Below, piece by piece: positions 13,683-23,202 of a stretch of DNA of 32,000 nt. A program made the translations under genes and the position numbers. Origin of the DNA: a bacterium (GTDB taxonomy: Bacteria > UBP7 > UBA6624 > JBBIMK01); the NCBI GenBank assembly GCA_037444445.1, contig JBBIMK010000001.1, forward strand, positions 1 through 32,000. Reading direction: 5' to 3'. The notes below the pieces were generated by a model that saw only the letters and a list, made by a program, of their open reading frames with translations, was not told the DNA's origin and did not search any database. Numbering within the stretch: the first letter of the stretch is position 1; each line of letters starts with the position of its first letter.

Positions 13683-15821
13683 CTATGCGGTTTTGTCCTG
13701 TGCGGTAAGCAGAATGCGAGCATCCACGACGAAAGCACCCTGGCCTTCAGGCATAGCGAGAAGAGGGTTAATGTCCAGTTCATCAATATCTTGAAGTTCT
13801 GTGGCAAGCTGGGATAGGCGTTCCAGGTATTCCACAATGCGGGGAATATCAGAGGGGGGCTCACCCCGGAAGCCCCGGAGGATAGAATACCCTTTGATTT
13901 CCGTAATCATGCGTCGGGCGCCAAGTTCACGGATAGGTGCGATGCGGAAGGTTACATCCTTGAAGGCTTCCACATAAATTCCTCCGAGGCCAAACATCAA
14001 AAGAGGTCCGAAGTGAGGGTCCTTTCGCATGCCGAGGATGGTTTCTTTTCCACCCGAAATCATTTTTTGAACCAGAACACCCCAGATAGGAGCATCAGGT
14101 TGTGCGGATTGGATTCTCTTCAACAGATAATGATATTCCCTTCGGAGCATATAAGAGTTTTGGATATTCAAGACCACTCCACCTAAATCCACCTTGTGGA
14201 TGATACTGGGAGAAACAATTTTAAGAACTACCGGGAAACCGATATTTTCTGCGTATGAAACGGCTTCTTCCTCGCTGGTGGCAAGGGCGTAGGGAGAAAT
14301 GGAGAAACCGTAAGATTCTAAAATGCGGTAAGTTTCAGGTTCGGGGAGGAAAAGGCGTTTTTCTTCTCTGGCTTTTTTCAGGGTCTGTCGGGCGATTTCA
14401 GGATGGATATCAGTGAAAAGGTGGACGGGGGTTCTGGGGCGGTGAACCCACCAGGCGTATCTGGCCATATAAGCCAGAGCACGCACCGCTGATTCCGGGA
14501 AGCGGTAGTTGGGAATATTGGCCGAGTCCAGAATCTGGAGGGTAGAGCCAATGTCACGAGTTGCCATAAAAGAAGCGAGGACAGGCTTTGAGGATGCCTT
14601 CGCCAGGCGAACGATGGTATGGGCAATGGCGGTGGAATCGGTGGCAATGTGAGGTGTGCAGATAACGAGAATGGAATCTATGGCATCGTCTTCCAGAACG
14701 AGTCGTAGTGCGGATTCATATCGGTCTTCCTTTGCATCTCCAATGAGGTCAATGGGATTTCGGAGAGAAGCGGTAGGTGGAAGGATACTCTGAAGTTTTT
14801 TAAGAGTAGAAGGGGAAGGCTCGGGGAGAGAGAGTCCATGTCGTATGGCGGTGTCCGTAGCGATGATGGCGGGACCGCCGGCGTTGGTAATGATAGCCAG
14901 GCGGTTTCCGCGGGGTAGAGGCTGGGTTGAAAAAGCCGTGGCATAATCAAAGAGTTCTTCTAAGGTGTTAACGCGAAAGACACCGCACTGTTCAAACAGA
15001 AATTCGTAGGCTTCGTCGGTGCCTGCGAGGGCAGCGGTATGGGAAGCGGCAGCCTTCGCTCCTTCTACGGTTCGGCCAGATTTAATAGCGAGGATGGGCT
15101 TGGATTTCGGCAAATCTCCGGTAATTTGTGAAGCAATTTCTATGAAGCGTTTCGGATTCTCTAAATCTTCAAGATAGAGGAGAATCACATCGGTCTGGGG
15201 GTCGGAGGCTAAAAAAGCAAGCAGGTCATTTTCTGAGATGTCCGCTTTGTTTCCGACAGAGATGAATTTAGAAATGCCAATATTCTGGGCTTGAACATAT
15301 TCCAATGCGGCGGCTCCCAAAGCGCCACTCTGGGAGATAAAAGCAATATTCCCCGGTTCAGGCATTACACGGCCAAAGGTGGCATTGAAACGAATGGCAG
15401 GGTCAGCATTGATGACGCCAAAACAGTTTGGGCCAATCAGGGATATGTGGTAACGGCTTGCCACAACCCGTAAAGATTCCTGTCGGTTTATTCCCTCTTC
15501 CCCCAGTTCAGCAAAGCCCGCAGAAATGATAATGGCGCCTTTTACACCCTTTTTACCACAGTCTTCCATAACCGCCACCGCTTTCGTGCAGGGAACTACT
15601 ACAACGGCCAGTTCCACCTCATCCGGAATGTCCAGCACAGTGGGATAACAGCGCACACCGAGAATACTCCGGGTGGAGGGATTTACTGGATAGACAACGC
15701 CCGAGTAACCGCTGAAAAGGATGTTAGAGAAGATAGCATGGCCTATGGAGCCAACCCGTCGTGAAGCCCCGATGACCGCTACGGATGTGGGCGACAATAG
15801 TGAGCGAACTTCTTTTTCCAT
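13683..15821 (-). CDS. Acetate--CoA ligase (ADP-forming) family, fused alpha/beta
   Basis: 712 aa. It has the N-terminal CoA-binding motif SVAVIGASRR, a succinyl-CoA-synthetase-like middle region and a C-terminal ATP-grasp region (VVLKIVSPSIIHKVDLGGV). Confidence 0.85.
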   Translation of the reverse strand: MEKEVRSLLSPTSVAVIGASRRVGSIGHAIFSNILFSGYSGVVYPVNPSTRSILGVRCYPTVLDIPDEVELAVVVVPCTKAVAVMEDCGKKGVKGAIIISAGFAELGEEGINRQESLRVVASRYHISLIGPNCFGVINADPAIRFNATFGRVMPEPGNIAFISQSGALGAAALEYVQAQNIGISKFISVGNKADISENDLLAFLASDPQTDVILLYLEDLENPKRFIEIASQITGDLPKSKPILAIKSGRTVEGAKAAASHTAALAGTDEAYEFLFEQCGVFRVNTLEELFDYATAFSTQPLPRGNRLAIITNAGGPAIIATDTAIRHGLSLPEPSPSTLKKLQSILPPTASLRNPIDLIGDAKEDRYESALRLVLEDDAIDSILVICTPHIATDSTAIAHTIVRLAKASSKPVLASFMATRDIGSTLQILDSANIPNYRFPESAVRALAYMARYAWWVHRPRTPVHLFTDIHPEIARQTLKKAREEKRLFLPEPETYRILESYGFSISPYALATSEEEAVSYAENIGFPVVLKIVSPSIIHKVDLGGVVLNIQNSYMLRREYHYLLKRIQSAQPDAPIWGVLVQKMISGGKETILGMRKDPHFGPLLMFGLGGIYVEAFKDVTFRIAPIRELGARRMITEIKGYSILRGFRGEPPSDIPRIVEYLERLSQLATELQDIDELDINPLLAMPEGQGAFVVDARILLTAQDKTA

Positions 15822-15881
15822 ATTCTATCCTTATTGTAAGGGAAGTTATAATGCTTCACAAAATGAGCGGATCGTTGTAAA

Positions 15882-16961
15882 ATGAATCATGGGATGAAAG
15901 CCGTAGCAGGAGCAGAAACGCTGGCTGAGATTTTAGACGGGCTGACAGTAGAAGGGAGGCTTTATGACCGATTGCCGGGAGAGAAGGTTCGCTGTTATGC
16001 CTGCGGGCATCGGTGTGTCATATTCAATGGACAGCGCGGGATTTGCCAGGTTCGGTACAACAAAAATGGGGTTCTTTATGTGCCTTATGGATATGTGGGG
16101 GCTCTTCAATGCGACCCGATAGAAAAGAAACCCTTTTTTCATGTGTTACCCGGTAGCCGGGCTCTCACTTTCGGAATGCTGGGTTGTGATTTTCACTGCT
16201 CTTACTGTCAGAACTGGCTCACGAGCCAGGCATTGAGGGACCCGGCAGCGGGAGTCTCACCGATGGAAGTCACACCGGAGCAAATGCTGGAACTGGCAAA
16301 ACGGTTTCAAGCGGATCTGGTGGTCAGTTCGTATAATGAACCCTTAATTACCTCTGAATGGGCGGTGGGAATCTTTCAACTGGCAAAGCAATCGGGATTA
16401 CGAACCGGATATGTATCCAATGGAAATGTAACGGGTGAAGTGCTGGATTATCTCCACCTTTACACAGACTGTTACAAGATAGATTTGAAAACGATGAATG
16501 ACCGGAATTATCGGAAACTGGGCGGAGTTCTGCAACATGTACTGGACGCCGTGAAACTGGTATATGAAAAGGGATTCTGGCTGGAAGTTGTGACCCTGGT
16601 GATACCGGGATTTAATGATTCAGATGAGGAACTCCGGGAAGCGGCACGATATATTGCAGGTGTGTCAACGGATATTCCCTGGCATGTCACAGCGTTTCAT
16701 AAGGACTATAAGATGACAGACCCTGATAACACTCCGCCGAAAACTCTATTGCGGGCGGCAGAGATTGGAAGAGAGGAAGGACTTCATTTCGTCTATGCTG
16801 GGAATTTGCCGGGCTGGGTGAAAAGTCTGGAAAATACTTATTGTCCGACCTGTCACACTTTATTGGTTCAACGCTACGGTTATACGATTGAAAAAGACTT
16901 ATTAAGCGGGTCTGGCTCTTGCCCACAGTGCCAGACGAAAATTCCCGGCATCTGGCAGTAA
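15882..16961 (+). CDS. AmmeMemoRadiSam-system-type radical SAM enzyme (PFL-activase-like)
   Basis: CDFHCSYCQNW (CxxxCxxC), an N-terminal CYACGHRC and a C-terminal CPTC...CPQC zinc-ribbon-like motif. Confidence 0.85.
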   Translation: MNHGMKAVAGAETLAEILDGLTVEGRLYDRLPGEKVRCYACGHRCVIFNGQRGICQVRYNKNGVLYVPYGYVGALQCDPIEKKPFFHVLPGSRALTFGMLGCDFHCSYCQNWLTSQALRDPAAGVSPMEVTPEQMLELAKRFQADLVVSSYNEPLITSEWAVGIFQLAKQSGLRTGYVSNGNVTGEVLDYLHLYTDCYKIDLKTMNDRNYRKLGGVLQHVLDAVKLVYEKGFWLEVVTLVIPGFNDSDEELREAARYIAGVSTDIPWHVTAFHKDYKMTDPDNTPPKTLLRAAEIGREEGLHFVYAGNLPGWVKSLENTYCPTCHTLLVQRYGYTIEKDLLSGSGSCPQCQTKIPGIWQ

Positions 16962-16991
16962 AGGTAAAGAAGAGAAAAGCACAGGCTATAT

Positions 16992-17936
16992 TCACTTATC
17001 TGAGGGGCGACTGGTTGTGGAAGGAGGTTCTGGATGTCCGCCGCCCCAGAGCATCGGTAAAGCATGGAATAGACCCGGTAAAATTGCCTGGAGAGATTCA
17101 GAAGCGCCCTTAGAACTGCCGGGTAGATTGACAATCAGGGTTTTCCCTTTCACGCCGGCGATTCCTCTGGAGAGCATGGAGTAAGGGGTGCGACGCTGGC
17201 CAAAGGCTCGTGCTGCTTCCAGGATTCCGGGAACTTCACGGTCAATGATGGCCTCTGTAGCTTCAACGGTTACATCTCGGGGTCCCAGCCCTGTTCCGCC
17301 TGTGGTCATAATCAGGTCTATGCCTGCCTGACATTGCTTCAGGAGTTCCTGGATGATTTTCTCTCGGTCGTCAGGTAAAATCACATAGGACTCTACTTGC
17401 ACTCCGTTGGATTTTAGTAGTTCGGCGATGATTTTGCCGGATTTGTCCTGACGCTTACCTGCATAAGTACCATCGGAGGTTACAATCACAGCCGCTCGTA
17501 AAGGTTTTTCAAAAAAGGTGAGAAAATCTTTTTTTCCACCTTTCTTTTCAAGCAGGCGTATTGATTGAATCTCCAGGGTTTCATCCAGAGGTTTCAGCAT
17601 ATCATAGGCAGTGAGAGCGGCCAGCGTTGCGGCGAGAAGCGCTTCCATTTCTACCCCTGTTTTCCACACGGATTTCACATGGCTCTGAATGAGAAGGGAG
17701 GATTCCTGGAGGGTGAACTCCAGAGTGACAGCATCCACTGGAACAGGGTGGCAAAAGGGAATGAGTTCGGAGGTGCGCTTGGCGGCCAGGATGCCCGCCG
17801 TCCTTGCGACTTCTAAAACATTGCCCTTCGGCACTGACTGATTTTCTATAGATTTCCGTGTGGAAGGAAGCATTTTCAAGATAGCCTCGGCTTTCGCTTC
17901 CCGGAGTGTATCCGGCTTCGGGCTCACATCTATCAT
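16992..17936 (-). CDS. moaC: Bifunctional molybdenum cofactor protein: MoaC (cyclic pyranopterin monophosphate synthase) fused to a MogA/MoaB-like domain
   Basis: N-terminal MIDVSPKPDTLREA...KGNVLEVARTAGILAAKRTSELIPFCHP (MoaC). C-terminal TTGGTGLGPRDVT (MogA/MoaB). Confidence 0.9.
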   Translation of the reverse strand: MIDVSPKPDTLREAKAEAILKMLPSTRKSIENQSVPKGNVLEVARTAGILAAKRTSELIPFCHPVPVDAVTLEFTLQESSLLIQSHVKSVWKTGVEMEALLAATLAALTAYDMLKPLDETLEIQSIRLLEKKGGKKDFLTFFEKPLRAAVIVTSDGTYAGKRQDKSGKIIAELLKSNGVQVESYVILPDDREKIIQELLKQCQAGIDLIMTTGGTGLGPRDVTVEATEAIIDREVPGILEAARAFGQRRTPYSMLSRGIAGVKGKTLIVNLPGSSKGASESLQAILPGLFHALPMLWGGGHPEPPSTTSRPSDK

Positions 17937-17978
17937 CGTCCTGACACTCCCATAATAAAGAAATTCACCGGATGATGG

Positions 17979-18242
17979 CTATCCTCCGCTAATGGGTGGA
18001 AGGACAGCAATTTCTTCATCACCCTGAAATTGGTAAGTATCCTCGGGGAGAGTTTGATTGACTGCGAAGGCCAATGCATCACCCAACTTCTGGAGTTTCG
18101 GGTATTTCTCAAATAGAAGATTTTTCAGCACCTTCAGAGTGGGGTTCTCCGGCAGGTCCATCCATTCTTCCTTCACACCTGTTATTTGCTTCGTTTGAGC
18201 AAAGTATAAAATTTTCACCCTATGAGAGGATGAGAAAGCCAT
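17979..18242 (-). CDS. moaD: MoaD/ThiS-family sulfur carrier
   Basis: Trimmed to ATG 18242. About 87 aa, ending in LPPISGG (C-terminal Gly-Gly), and sits between moaA and moaC. Confidence 0.75.
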   Translation of the reverse strand: MAFSSSHRVKILYFAQTKQITGVKEEWMDLPENPTLKVLKNLLFEKYPKLQKLGDALAFAVNQTLPEDTYQFQGDEEIAVLPPISGG

Positions 18243-18249
18243 GGAAAAA

Positions 18250-19266
18250 TCACCCCCCAATCGCATGCATGGTGCGAGTCGGTCTCACAAACCCAGGCAA
18301 ATTAATCAGATGCCCTTCTTCTTTCATTGACACTGCACTGGCGAGGAAGTCAGCAATTTCCTGGTCAGAAGCGTTGCCGCGCAGGAGAGGCTTCAGGTCA
18401 AATTCTTTTGTGGCGAAGAGGCAAGTTCGGAAGAAACCATCCGCAGTGAGGCGAATTCGGTCGCATAAATGACAGAAGGGCTGTGATACACTGGAGATGA
18501 TTCCGATTTCACCTCTGCCATCATCAAAAACATAGCGTTTTGCCGGGTCAGAGCCATCGGGATCAACGGGGGTAAAAGGAGCCACGCGATGAACATGTTG
18601 AAGGATTTCTTCGGCGGAAATCACCATTTCTCGTCTCCACATCCCGGCGCTATCCAGAGGCATAAACTCAATGAATCGGACGGTGATGTTTTCGTCACGA
18701 GCAAACCTCGTAAAGGCTTCAATTTCATCATCGTTTATACCACGAATCAGCACGACATTAATTTTTACCGGAGTGAACCCCACTCGTCGGGCTTCCTGGA
18801 TTCCCGCTATAACTTTATCAAAAGCATCTCTTCTCACGATTTCAGCAAATTTCTCTCTGCTGAGGGTATCCAGGCTAATGTTCAAGCCATCTAAGCCAGC
18901 ATCTTTCAATGCCTGAACTTTCTCTAATAGAAAGTATCCGTTTGTAGTCATGGAGATGGAAGCAAGGCCGGGAATCTGTCGGAGAAAATGAACCAGCACC
19001 TCCACATTTTTACGCACAAGAGGCTCTCCTCCCGTCAGGCGAATCTTTTGAACGCCGAGGTTCACTGCGATGTGGACGATACGGTAAATTTCTTCAAAGG
19101 TAAGAATACTCTCCCGTGGAAGCCAGGTGATTTCAGAATCGGGTAGGCAATATAAGCAACGGAAATTGCACCGGTCAGTTACAGAAACTCTTAATTTACG
19201 GGCAATTCGGCCGTAAGAGTCCACCAATTTATTCCCTCTACTTTGCGATAGTTTTGGCCCGTTCAT
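18250..19266 (-). CDS. moaA: GTP 3',8-cyclase MoaA (radical SAM)
   Basis: LRVSVTDRCNFRCLYCLP, a C-terminal CxxC cluster (CHLCDRIRLTADG) and a terminal GG. Confidence 0.92.
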   Translation of the reverse strand: MNGPKLSQSRGNKLVDSYGRIARKLRVSVTDRCNFRCLYCLPDSEITWLPRESILTFEEIYRIVHIAVNLGVQKIRLTGGEPLVRKNVEVLVHFLRQIPGLASISMTTNGYFLLEKVQALKDAGLDGLNISLDTLSREKFAEIVRRDAFDKVIAGIQEARRVGFTPVKINVVLIRGINDDEIEAFTRFARDENITVRFIEFMPLDSAGMWRREMVISAEEILQHVHRVAPFTPVDPDGSDPAKRYVFDDGRGEIGIISSVSQPFCHLCDRIRLTADGFFRTCLFATKEFDLKPLLRGNASDQEIADFLASAVSMKEEGHLINLPGFVRPTRTMHAIGG

Positions 19267-19864
19267 ATTCTAACTTTGCCTCCTGGTATTGGGAGAAAGT
19301 GTTGATATTCATAAATAGAGAAGAGAGCGGAAAGAGGGGAGCAAGTGAAGATTCATCAATGGAACAGATGGAAAGGCTGGAATGCTCCAAAAAGTCAGTC
19401 AGTGCATAACGTTTGTGCTGGAGGAACTTTTCCAAAATGCAGAGACAGGATTTCCGATAGAGAGCAGATAGAGGATGCCAGCGATTCCTGATCCGAGGAA
19501 CGACCACATCATAATGGTTCGCATGCTGATACAAAAATGAAAGATACTCCGGCGTTAAGAAAGGCAGATCACATGCCACCGCAAAAGAGAAAGGATACTG
19601 AGATGCCTCTAAACCAGTGTAAAGGCCCATCATAGGGCCGATTCCTTTCTCTCGGTCCAACAAAACTTTCACCTTTTTCAACGGGATAGGCAGCGAAATC
19701 GGGGGATTTGAGAAGACCACAAAAGTTTCACTCGCAACGATAGATATTCTATCAATGATATGCTCCAGAAGAGTCTTACCTGCCCAGGGGAGGAGGCGTT
19801 TATCTTCATGCATTCGTCGGGATTTACCCCCTGCGAGGATGATAGCCGTGGCGTCACATTTCAT
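19238..19864 (-). CDS. mobA: Molybdenum cofactor guanylyltransferase MobA
   Basis: AIILAGGKSRRMHEDKRLLPWAGKTLLEH and VACDLPFL. It overlaps the moaA start by 29 nt. Confidence 0.85.
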   Translation of the reverse strand: MKCDATAIILAGGKSRRMHEDKRLLPWAGKTLLEHIIDRISIVASETFVVFSNPPISLPIPLKKVKVLLDREKGIGPMMGLYTGLEASQYPFSFAVACDLPFLTPEYLSFLYQHANHYDVVVPRIRNRWHPLSALYRKSCLCILEKFLQHKRYALTDFLEHSSLSICSIDESSLAPLFPLSSLFMNINTFSQYQEAKLEYERAKTIAK

Positions 19865-19908
19865 GCGAGCAAGATGGAACCAGTATTTTATCTGTTATTT
19901 TCAAGAAA

Positions 19909-20499
19909 TCACAACCAGCCATAGAGAACAAGGGAAGAAAAAACGCGCCACGCAAAGATGCCAGTGAGTATGAGCAAGGAGATAGTCAGATAAAGAGGCC
20001 AGGGCGAATGGACTTGAAGCCCCAGAATGACTTCTGTGAGCACGAGGAACAAGCAGATGGCTGAAATTTTTTTTCGGTTCTTCCTCAGTGCGCCGAGTTG
20101 CACCGCTAATTCCTCCGGCACAGGCTTATCCGGAGAGAGTTTCTCCAGGAAGCCTTCTATCTGGGGTTCAATTCGGAAAACAACCACATACAGGAGAGTG
20201 AGAATCACCAGAAAAACGCCCAGTTTTACATCCAGAACCCAATTGGAGAAAAATCCTGAAACACCTATTTCATCTACCCAAACCACGAGGAGCCCGGTGA
20301 GAAGAATAGTGAGAAGCCACCAAATACATCGTCGTGGAGCCTTAAAGATGATATTCTCCATATATCGGTCTACCGGATAGATGATTTTAGAACCCATCCG
20401 TGCACGCTCATTTACAGCCATTAGCAGCCAAAAGGGACCTGCCATTAATACCGCAGAAAGCACATGAAATAGCAGAAGAACATTTCTTGCCTCTTGCAT
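19909..20499 (-). CDS. Hypothetical integral membrane protein
   Basis: 196 aa with about 5 hydrophobic helices. No recognisable family motifs. Confidence 0.5.
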   Translation of the reverse strand: MQEARNVLLLFHVLSAVLMAGPFWLLMAVNERARMGSKIIYPVDRYMENIIFKAPRRCIWWLLTILLTGLLVVWVDEIGVSGFFSNWVLDVKLGVFLVILTLLYVVVFRIEPQIEGFLEKLSPDKPVPEELAVQLGALRKNRKKISAICLFLVLTEVILGLQVHSPWPLYLTISLLILTGIFAWRVFSSLVLYGWL

Positions 20500-20542
20500 T
20501 TATTTTCGCCCCTCTACTGAATATTATACAGGATAACTGAAA

Positions 20543-20551
20543 TGCTATAAT
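20543..20551 (+). promoter_or_regulatory. Extended -10 box TGCTATAAT upstream of the mqn gene
   Basis: A perfect TGnTATAAT about 50 nt upstream of ATG 20600, in a divergent intergenic region. Confidence 0.4.
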
Positions 20552-20599
20552 TTCTTAAGACAATGGGAACGATAAATACCCCTTTTGAGTGAAAATCTT

Positions 20600-21457
20600 A
20601 TGAGAATACGGATAGGACATAGCCCGGATGCAGATGATGCGTTCATGTATTATGCCATCGCTACCAAGAAAATTGAAACAGAAAACATTCAGTTTGAGCA
20701 AGTAGTGGAAGACATCCAGAGCCTGAATGAACGAGCAAAAACTGGAGAATTGGATGTTACTGCCATTTCCGCCCATGTCTATCCGCTGGTTCAGAAATTT
20801 TACGACATTCTTACCTGTGGTGCCAGCGTGGGAATTCGGTATGGGCCTATTTTGGTGGCACGCGAGAAGATGCCGGAGCTTCTCGTTCGCTCACTTCCCC
20901 ACAGAATTTCGCTAAATTTTTCTGGAATGACCGTGGCTGTTCCAGGAAAATTGACTACGGCTTACCTTCTGCTGAAAATATACGGGAAGGATTTTCATGA
21001 GGTGGTAGTGCCTTTTGATAGAGTGCTCTGGGCTGTTCAAACAGAAAAGGTTGATCTGGGATTAGTGATTCATGAAGGACAACTTACCTATAAACAATAT
21101 GGGCTGGTGAAAATCACAGACCTGGGCAAAATCTGGTATGAGAACACCCATTTGCCCGTTCCACTGGGGATTAATGTGATTCATAAAAGCCTTCCAGAAC
21201 AAGAGAAGAAGAAGATAGTAGAAGTGATGAAACGGAGTATACTTTATGCACTTTCGCATCGTGAAGAGGCTTTCTCATACGCGCTTCAATATGGACGAGG
21301 AATTCCTGAGGAATTAGGGAAAAAATTTATACTGCAATATGTGAACTCTTATACTCTGCACATGGGGGAGAAAGGCAAAAAAGCCCTACGGAGGCTTTTT
21401 CAAAAAGCCTCAAGGAGGAAATTCCTGCCACCTGCGCATTCACTTCGGTGGATTTAG
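20600..21457 (+). CDS. MqnA/MqnD-family menaquinone (futalosine pathway) biosynthesis protein
   Basis: MRIRIGHSPDADDAFMYYAI is the typical N-terminus of the VitK2_biosynth (PF02621) family. Trimmed from the TTG at 20585 to ATG 20600. Confidence 0.8.
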   Translation: MRIRIGHSPDADDAFMYYAIATKKIETENIQFEQVVEDIQSLNERAKTGELDVTAISAHVYPLVQKFYDILTCGASVGIRYGPILVAREKMPELLVRSLPHRISLNFSGMTVAVPGKLTTAYLLLKIYGKDFHEVVVPFDRVLWAVQTEKVDLGLVIHEGQLTYKQYGLVKITDLGKIWYENTHLPVPLGINVIHKSLPEQEKKKIVEVMKRSILYALSHREEAFSYALQYGRGIPEELGKKFILQYVNSYTLHMGEKGKKALRRLFQKASRRKFLPPAHSLRWI

Positions 21458-21579
21458 AAAAAATACAGGATAGCGATATAAAAGGAGCAACAGAATTTTT
21501 ACGCCAGATGGATTGAGACAATTTTTGATGACCCTGTGGGTGAAGAAGTAGTCTGTCTATTAGATGTAAAATTATATTC

Positions 21580-23187
21580 TTATGTTTTCTGCGATTGAAG
21601 TAGAATCTGTGCCTGGTGAACCAAACGAGAAAGAACTCGGTCGCGGGGCAAATGAGGAGCCAAACTCAAGATTTCCGCATACTTCTTCAACTTTAACCAC
21701 TTATGAATTCCCCATCGGAGAGAGAGGATGTCGGGATTTCTCGTTCCTTTTCCGACCCGCTGAACCTTACTCGCGAAAATACGAAAACGATTGAATTTTT
21801 TGCTGTTTGTAGCATTCTGGATTTTTTTCATCAGAGCGGGATAGTTCGGCAGAGGAGAATATAAACGATGGTCTGTAAGACACCAGACATTTTTATCAAT
21901 TTTGACAAATTCAGAGGAATTAGTGAGAACAAAGAGAAGGGCTTTAGGAGTGATTTTTGGTCGTTGTTGCTGGAGGATACTCAATAACTCTTGAAAGTTC
22001 ATAGGGGTGCGTGCTTTCTGAAGCACCTGTAATACATGTAAGCGAAGAGTAACACCCGGTTTTAGCCCCCATTCTTTAAGTCCATAATATCCAGGAACCC
22101 CTGTCCAAACAAAAGTGTCTTTTACACGAGTCAGAGTATTTAAAATCCAAAAGCGAGAAGGCTTACGAAGTTTCATCCTTTTATGCACCAACCCCAACAG
22201 TTCAGAATAATGGCAGGGTCTCCCAATCTTGCGGAAAGCATTCACCAGAATAGCCACGGATTTCTCAAGGGGTTGGCGGAGACGAACAGCCCTGGGGATA
22301 TTCCATTCTACTAACCCATATACACCCGGGCGTCCAGTCCAAACGAATCGCTCCCGATGATTGGACAAACAGCGATGAATCGTAAGAGGATTCAATTTTC
22401 GCGCATATTGCAACCGATTCACTTCCTCATGGATCGTTAGATAATGAGACGGTTTGCCTATTCTTTTCAATGCCAGTGCCGCTATGGCGACGGTTCTACC
22501 TACGGCTTTCCGGAGGAAAATCACCCCTCTTTTACCTTTCAGAAGAACCCGCTGTCGTAGGGCTTCATGCAAAAGGTGTTTTAGAAAATATGCGGAAAGA
22601 GGAATGGAAGAAGATTGCTGAATTTTTTTGATCAGAACCTGGCGAGGAAGATAAACTTCGTTCTGGAGGATTTGTTGCATAATTTTTAACGCCACCCTCA
22701 CTTTTTCGGCAGTTTTTTTATCGTTATTTAAAGTGTAGAAACCTTCATTTTCCTCGTTGAGGAAGTAGTGAATTCCTCCCTGGGCCTTAAACATTCTGCA
22801 GACTATTTGGAAGGCGCCGAGAGCAAAGTGAGGATTGGGGTGGAGAGTTTTAAGAGCTTCCTCAAAAGAAGTTCGGGATAGAACTCTGTGATGCGTTTGA
22901 AAAATGTAGGAAAGGGTTTCTTCCACAGCGGGAAGGAACGATTTTCTCTTGACATAAGAAAGGGAAAGAGCAGAGACTTCCAATTGCTGAGCTCTTTGAC
23001 GGGAAACTCCACCGAGAAACCGGGCTCCCGTTTCCTGGAAGGTGTGAAAACGGCCATCCGTCAGGCCAAAACGATACCTTAGAACTTTCTGCTTTCTGGG
23101 CTCCAGCGAATGATACAAGGATTCAAAAAGAGGAAGGAAGTTCGGAGTCATTTTAGGATGTTTCCTGAAAGTTCTCAAGGTTCTCAC
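21580..23187 (-). CDS. Sigma-70 region-4-like HTH protein with three tandem HARE-HTH/winged-helix-like repeats
   Basis: N-terminal LEPRKQKVLRYRFGLTDGRFHTFQETGARFLGGVSRQRAQQLEVSAL resembles sigma region 4.2. It is followed by three repeats ending FVWTGRPGVYGLVEW, FVWTGVPGYYGLKEWG and FVKIDKNVWCLTDH. Confidence 0.6.
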   Translation of the reverse strand: MRTLRTFRKHPKMTPNFLPLFESLYHSLEPRKQKVLRYRFGLTDGRFHTFQETGARFLGGVSRQRAQQLEVSALSLSYVKRKSFLPAVEETLSYIFQTHHRVLSRTSFEEALKTLHPNPHFALGAFQIVCRMFKAQGGIHYFLNEENEGFYTLNNDKKTAEKVRVALKIMQQILQNEVYLPRQVLIKKIQQSSSIPLSAYFLKHLLHEALRQRVLLKGKRGVIFLRKAVGRTVAIAALALKRIGKPSHYLTIHEEVNRLQYARKLNPLTIHRCLSNHRERFVWTGRPGVYGLVEWNIPRAVRLRQPLEKSVAILVNAFRKIGRPCHYSELLGLVHKRMKLRKPSRFWILNTLTRVKDTFVWTGVPGYYGLKEWGLKPGVTLRLHVLQVLQKARTPMNFQELLSILQQQRPKITPKALLFVLTNSSEFVKIDKNVWCLTDHRLYSPLPNYPALMKKIQNATNSKKFNRFRIFASKVQRVGKGTRNPDILSLRWGIHKWLKLKKYAEILSLAPHLPRDRVLSRLVHQAQILLQSQKT

Positions 23188-23202
23188 CTCAATAGCCGTA
23201 AA

